DNA from: Acidobacteriota bacterium
GTDB taxonomy: Bacteria; Acidobacteriota; UBA6911; JACQSX01
DNA length: 64,000 nucleotides
Assembly (NCBI GenBank): GCA_016211105.1
Contig: JACQSX010000029.1
Coordinates: 5,210 to 69,209, forward strand
Reading direction: 5' to 3'
Part shown: piece by piece, positions 61,904 through 64,000 of the stretch
How positions within the stretch are numbered: position 1 is the stretch's first letter
How the letters are laid out: each line of letters starts with the position of its first letter
Notes under the pieces: model-generated
The model's input: the letters and a program-made list of their open reading frames with translations, nothing else
Told to the model about the DNA's origin: nothing
Database searches by the model: none
Program-made: the position numbers and the translations under genes

Positions 61904-62823
61904 CAATATTTCATTGCCGTTAGTATTTTTTTTGCAAGTTTCAGAGCTGCGCGACCTTGCTCTCCGCCGCATTCCGGAAGCGAATCGGTTCGAATAGTGT
62001 TAATAAACGCTTCCAGTTCGACTCGCAACGGCTCATCCCTGACAACCGGCAGTTTTCTGTCAATGATCTCTCTGCGGCCATCCTGCTGCACCAGGCTGTA
62101 AAAAGAGACCCGTTGATCACTAAAGTCAACGCTTGCATAGTCATGCTCCTGAAAGAAACGGAGCTTTCGGACTTTTTCATTGGACACACGACTGGCCGTA
62201 ACGTTGGCCACGCATCCGTTTTCGAACTCCAGCCGCGCATTGGCAATGTCGATATTCGAGGTTAAGATCGGGATACCCACCGCCTGAACACTCTCCAAAG
62301 GAGATTTCACAAACCAACCAATAATATCCAGATCATGAATCATGAGATCAAGTACGACGTCGATATCAAGGCTGCGTGGCACAAAAACCCCTAGGCGATG
62401 CGCCTCGAAAAATCGTGGATCTTTCACATACGGCTGAACGGCACGCAGAGCGGGATTGAACCGCTCCGAGTGACCGATTTGAAGTATCGCCCCGCTTTTT
62501 GCGGCGGCCTCCATCATTCGGTCCGCCTCCCTCAGCGAATCCGCGATCGGCTTTTCCACCAGCACGTGTATTCCATGTCGCAGCAAATCCACGGTGATTT
62601 CGCAATGCTGCTTGGTCGGCACCACCAAGCTTACTGCCTCAACTCGATCCATGACCAGACGATAATCTGTCAGGGCAGGCACTCCAAGCGCTCGCGCAAC
62701 ACGGCTCGCCCGGTCTTCCAGGAGGTCAACCACACCCACCAATCGCGTCCCTGATAGCGCAGCCAAATGACGCGCGTGGTGCTCGCCTAGGGCGCCCACC
62801 CCTACCACTGCGATCGAAATCAT
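61903..62823 (-). CDS. Gfo/Idh/MocA oxidoreductase (GnnA-like)
   Basis: GVGALGEHH, LVEKPIA, GHSERFNP and DLMIHDLD motifs; 4-bp overlap with lpxI. Confidence 0.9.
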   Translation of the reverse strand: MISIAVVGVGALGEHHARHLAALSGTRLVGVVDLLEDRASRVARALGVPALTDYRLVMDRVEAVSLVVPTKQHCEITVDLLRHGIHVLVEKPIADSLREADRMMEAAAKSGAILQIGHSERFNPALRAVQPYVKDPRFFEAHRLGVFVPRSLDIDVVLDLMIHDLDIIGWFVKSPLESVQAVGIPILTSNIDIANARLEFENGCVANVTASRVSNEKVRKLRFFQEHDYASVDFSDQRVSFYSLVQQDGRREIIDRKLPVVRDEPLRVELEAFINTIRTDSLPECGGEQGRAALKLAKKILTAMKY

Positions 62824-63632
62824 TGGGGTTCTTCACCTAAGATGGAGATGCCATGTTCATGAGCGCGGGCCAGGAGCGCATCCCGATCAAGCAAAAGGGT
62901 TCGCTGCGCGTCGACCGCGAGCAGTTTTGCCCGCGCCGCGATCATGCTCTCGATCGTTCGCAACCCCACCACCGGCACATCAAAGCGCATATCCTGATTC
63001 GGCTTGGCGACCTTAATCACGCAAAAACCTCCGCCGCACAGGTCTCCGGCGCGACGAATAACCGCATCCGTCCCCTCCATCGCTTCAACCGCTACCACGG
63101 CCTGATCTTTTACTGCCACCGTCTGTCCTAGATCCAAACGGGCGACCTCTCGGGCGATCGCAAAGCCATAGGCAATGTCCCGTCGCTCGTTTTCACCGGG
63201 CACCGGGCCGGCAAGCAGCCCCTGAGGCGCCAACAGCGGCTGCAAGAAAAGGGTAGAATCGATCAGCTCAATACCTTCGCGGCTCAATTCCTCGGCCACG
63301 GCGCCGATTAAACTGTCGGTATTCTTGCGAGGCAATCGAGCAAGCAAACGAATCATGCGCCGGTCGGGGATGGCATTGCCGAAAATCTGCGCATGCTTGA
63401 CTTGTCCGGCCATCACCGCTTTGTGCACTTTTTCCTTTTTAAAAAAATCAATCAGCTTCCCCAATTGCCCAATTCCCAGCCAGCAAACTTTATCGGCCGC
63501 CTGCTCGATTTCAGGAAGGGTTTCTTCCTTGACGGCCACGACCACCATCGGAATATTGCGACTGTGCGCCGCCTCCAGAACAAGCAATGGAAATTTGCCG
63601 TTTCCGGCAATCAGACCGTAACGCTCCATCAC
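62820..63632 (-). CDS. lpxI: UDP-2,3-diacylglucosamine diphosphatase
   Basis: GLIAGNGKFP, DLGQT, EAMEGTD and KPNQDMRFDVP motifs. Confidence 0.95.
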   Translation of the reverse strand: MMERYGLIAGNGKFPLLVLEAAHSRNIPMVVVAVKEETLPEIEQAADKVCWLGIGQLGKLIDFFKKEKVHKAVMAGQVKHAQIFGNAIPDRRMIRLLARLPRKNTDSLIGAVAEELSREGIELIDSTLFLQPLLAPQGLLAGPVPGENERRDIAYGFAIAREVARLDLGQTVAVKDQAVVAVEAMEGTDAVIRRAGDLCGGGFCVIKVAKPNQDMRFDVPVVGLRTIESMIAARAKLLAVDAQRTLLLDRDALLARAHEHGISILGEEPQ

Positions 63633-64000
63633 CGGATGAATCCGCGTTCTGACTCTGAGGTAAACTGGATTAGAGTTCGCACATGGGCGTTATCAGGAAA
63701 TTCCGCGTTCAATTGCTCAATTGCTTCTTTCAGATGAAGCCGTGACTGGACCAGCACGCGGTAGGCCTTCTTCAGCGCGCGAATCTCCTCCTTCTGAAAA
63801 TTCCGGCGTTCCAATCCAAGCGTATTGATGCCGTACGTCTTGGCATCATTGCGATCACCCACGGTTTTCACAAAGGGAAGCGCGTCTCGCGTGATCACCG
63901 AATAGCCGCCCACATAGGCGTGGCTTCCCACCCGGCAAAACTGGTGTACACCTGAAAACGCTCCGATCGTAGAATGGTCTTGCACAATGACGTGTCCGGC
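63629..64000 (-). CDS. lpxA: UDP-GlcNAc acyltransferase, C-terminal part
   Basis: AGHVIVQDH, VHQFCRVG and GINTLGLERR motifs, ending RGFIR; 5' end is outside the window. Confidence 0.95.
   Translation of the reverse strand, partial: AGHVIVQDHSTIGAFSGVHQFCRVGSHAYVGGYSVITRDALPFVKTVGDRNDAKTYGINTLGLERRNFQKEEIRALKKAYRVLVQSRLHLKEAIEQLNAEFPDNAHVRTLIQFTSESERGFIR

Noticed and set aside
20-63737. Numerous antisense or alternate-frame ORFs of 60-270 aa (e.g. 114-872, 11528-12247, 12668-13483, 29173-29871)
   Set aside because: They are shadows of well-supported genes in GC-rich DNA and carry no motifs.
1-64000. CRISPR array, integrase, transposase, selenoprotein readthrough
   Set aside because: No regularly spaced repeats or recombinase motifs were seen, and the redox enzymes have ordinary Cys codons.

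Overview
A 64-kb bacterial chromosomal window, most likely Acidobacteriota. This is inferred from the acidobacterial-type VWA protein, the carboxypeptidase-domain TonB receptor and the DUF1549/DUF1553 + DUF1501 pair. Housekeeping genes (metH, tpx, secG-tpiA-pgk, gatB, miaA, lpxA-lpxI, tRNA-Leu) are mixed with accessory blocks. The accessory blocks are: an HmfA-like Mo-hydroxylase L-M-S operon followed by a UbiD decarboxylase; a B12-binding radical SAM + FAD oxidoreductase + MFS cluster; cusBA without cusC; a BtuB-like receptor; MarR-TolC-EmrAB; an orphan PhoB opposite a porin; msrPQ; and a decayed region right of the tRNA. Three signals stand out, all regulatory. (1) A secreted Cys-rich leader ORF has its stop codon inside a terminator-like hairpin ahead of cusBA. 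(2) Two tandem cobalamin riboswitches are linked by an SD-bearing uORF that runs through the second one. (3) A four-unit Pho box has canonical spacing to a -10 element. No CRISPR array, rRNA, integrase or intact transposase was seen. All assignments come from motif recognition by eye; no database searches were run.
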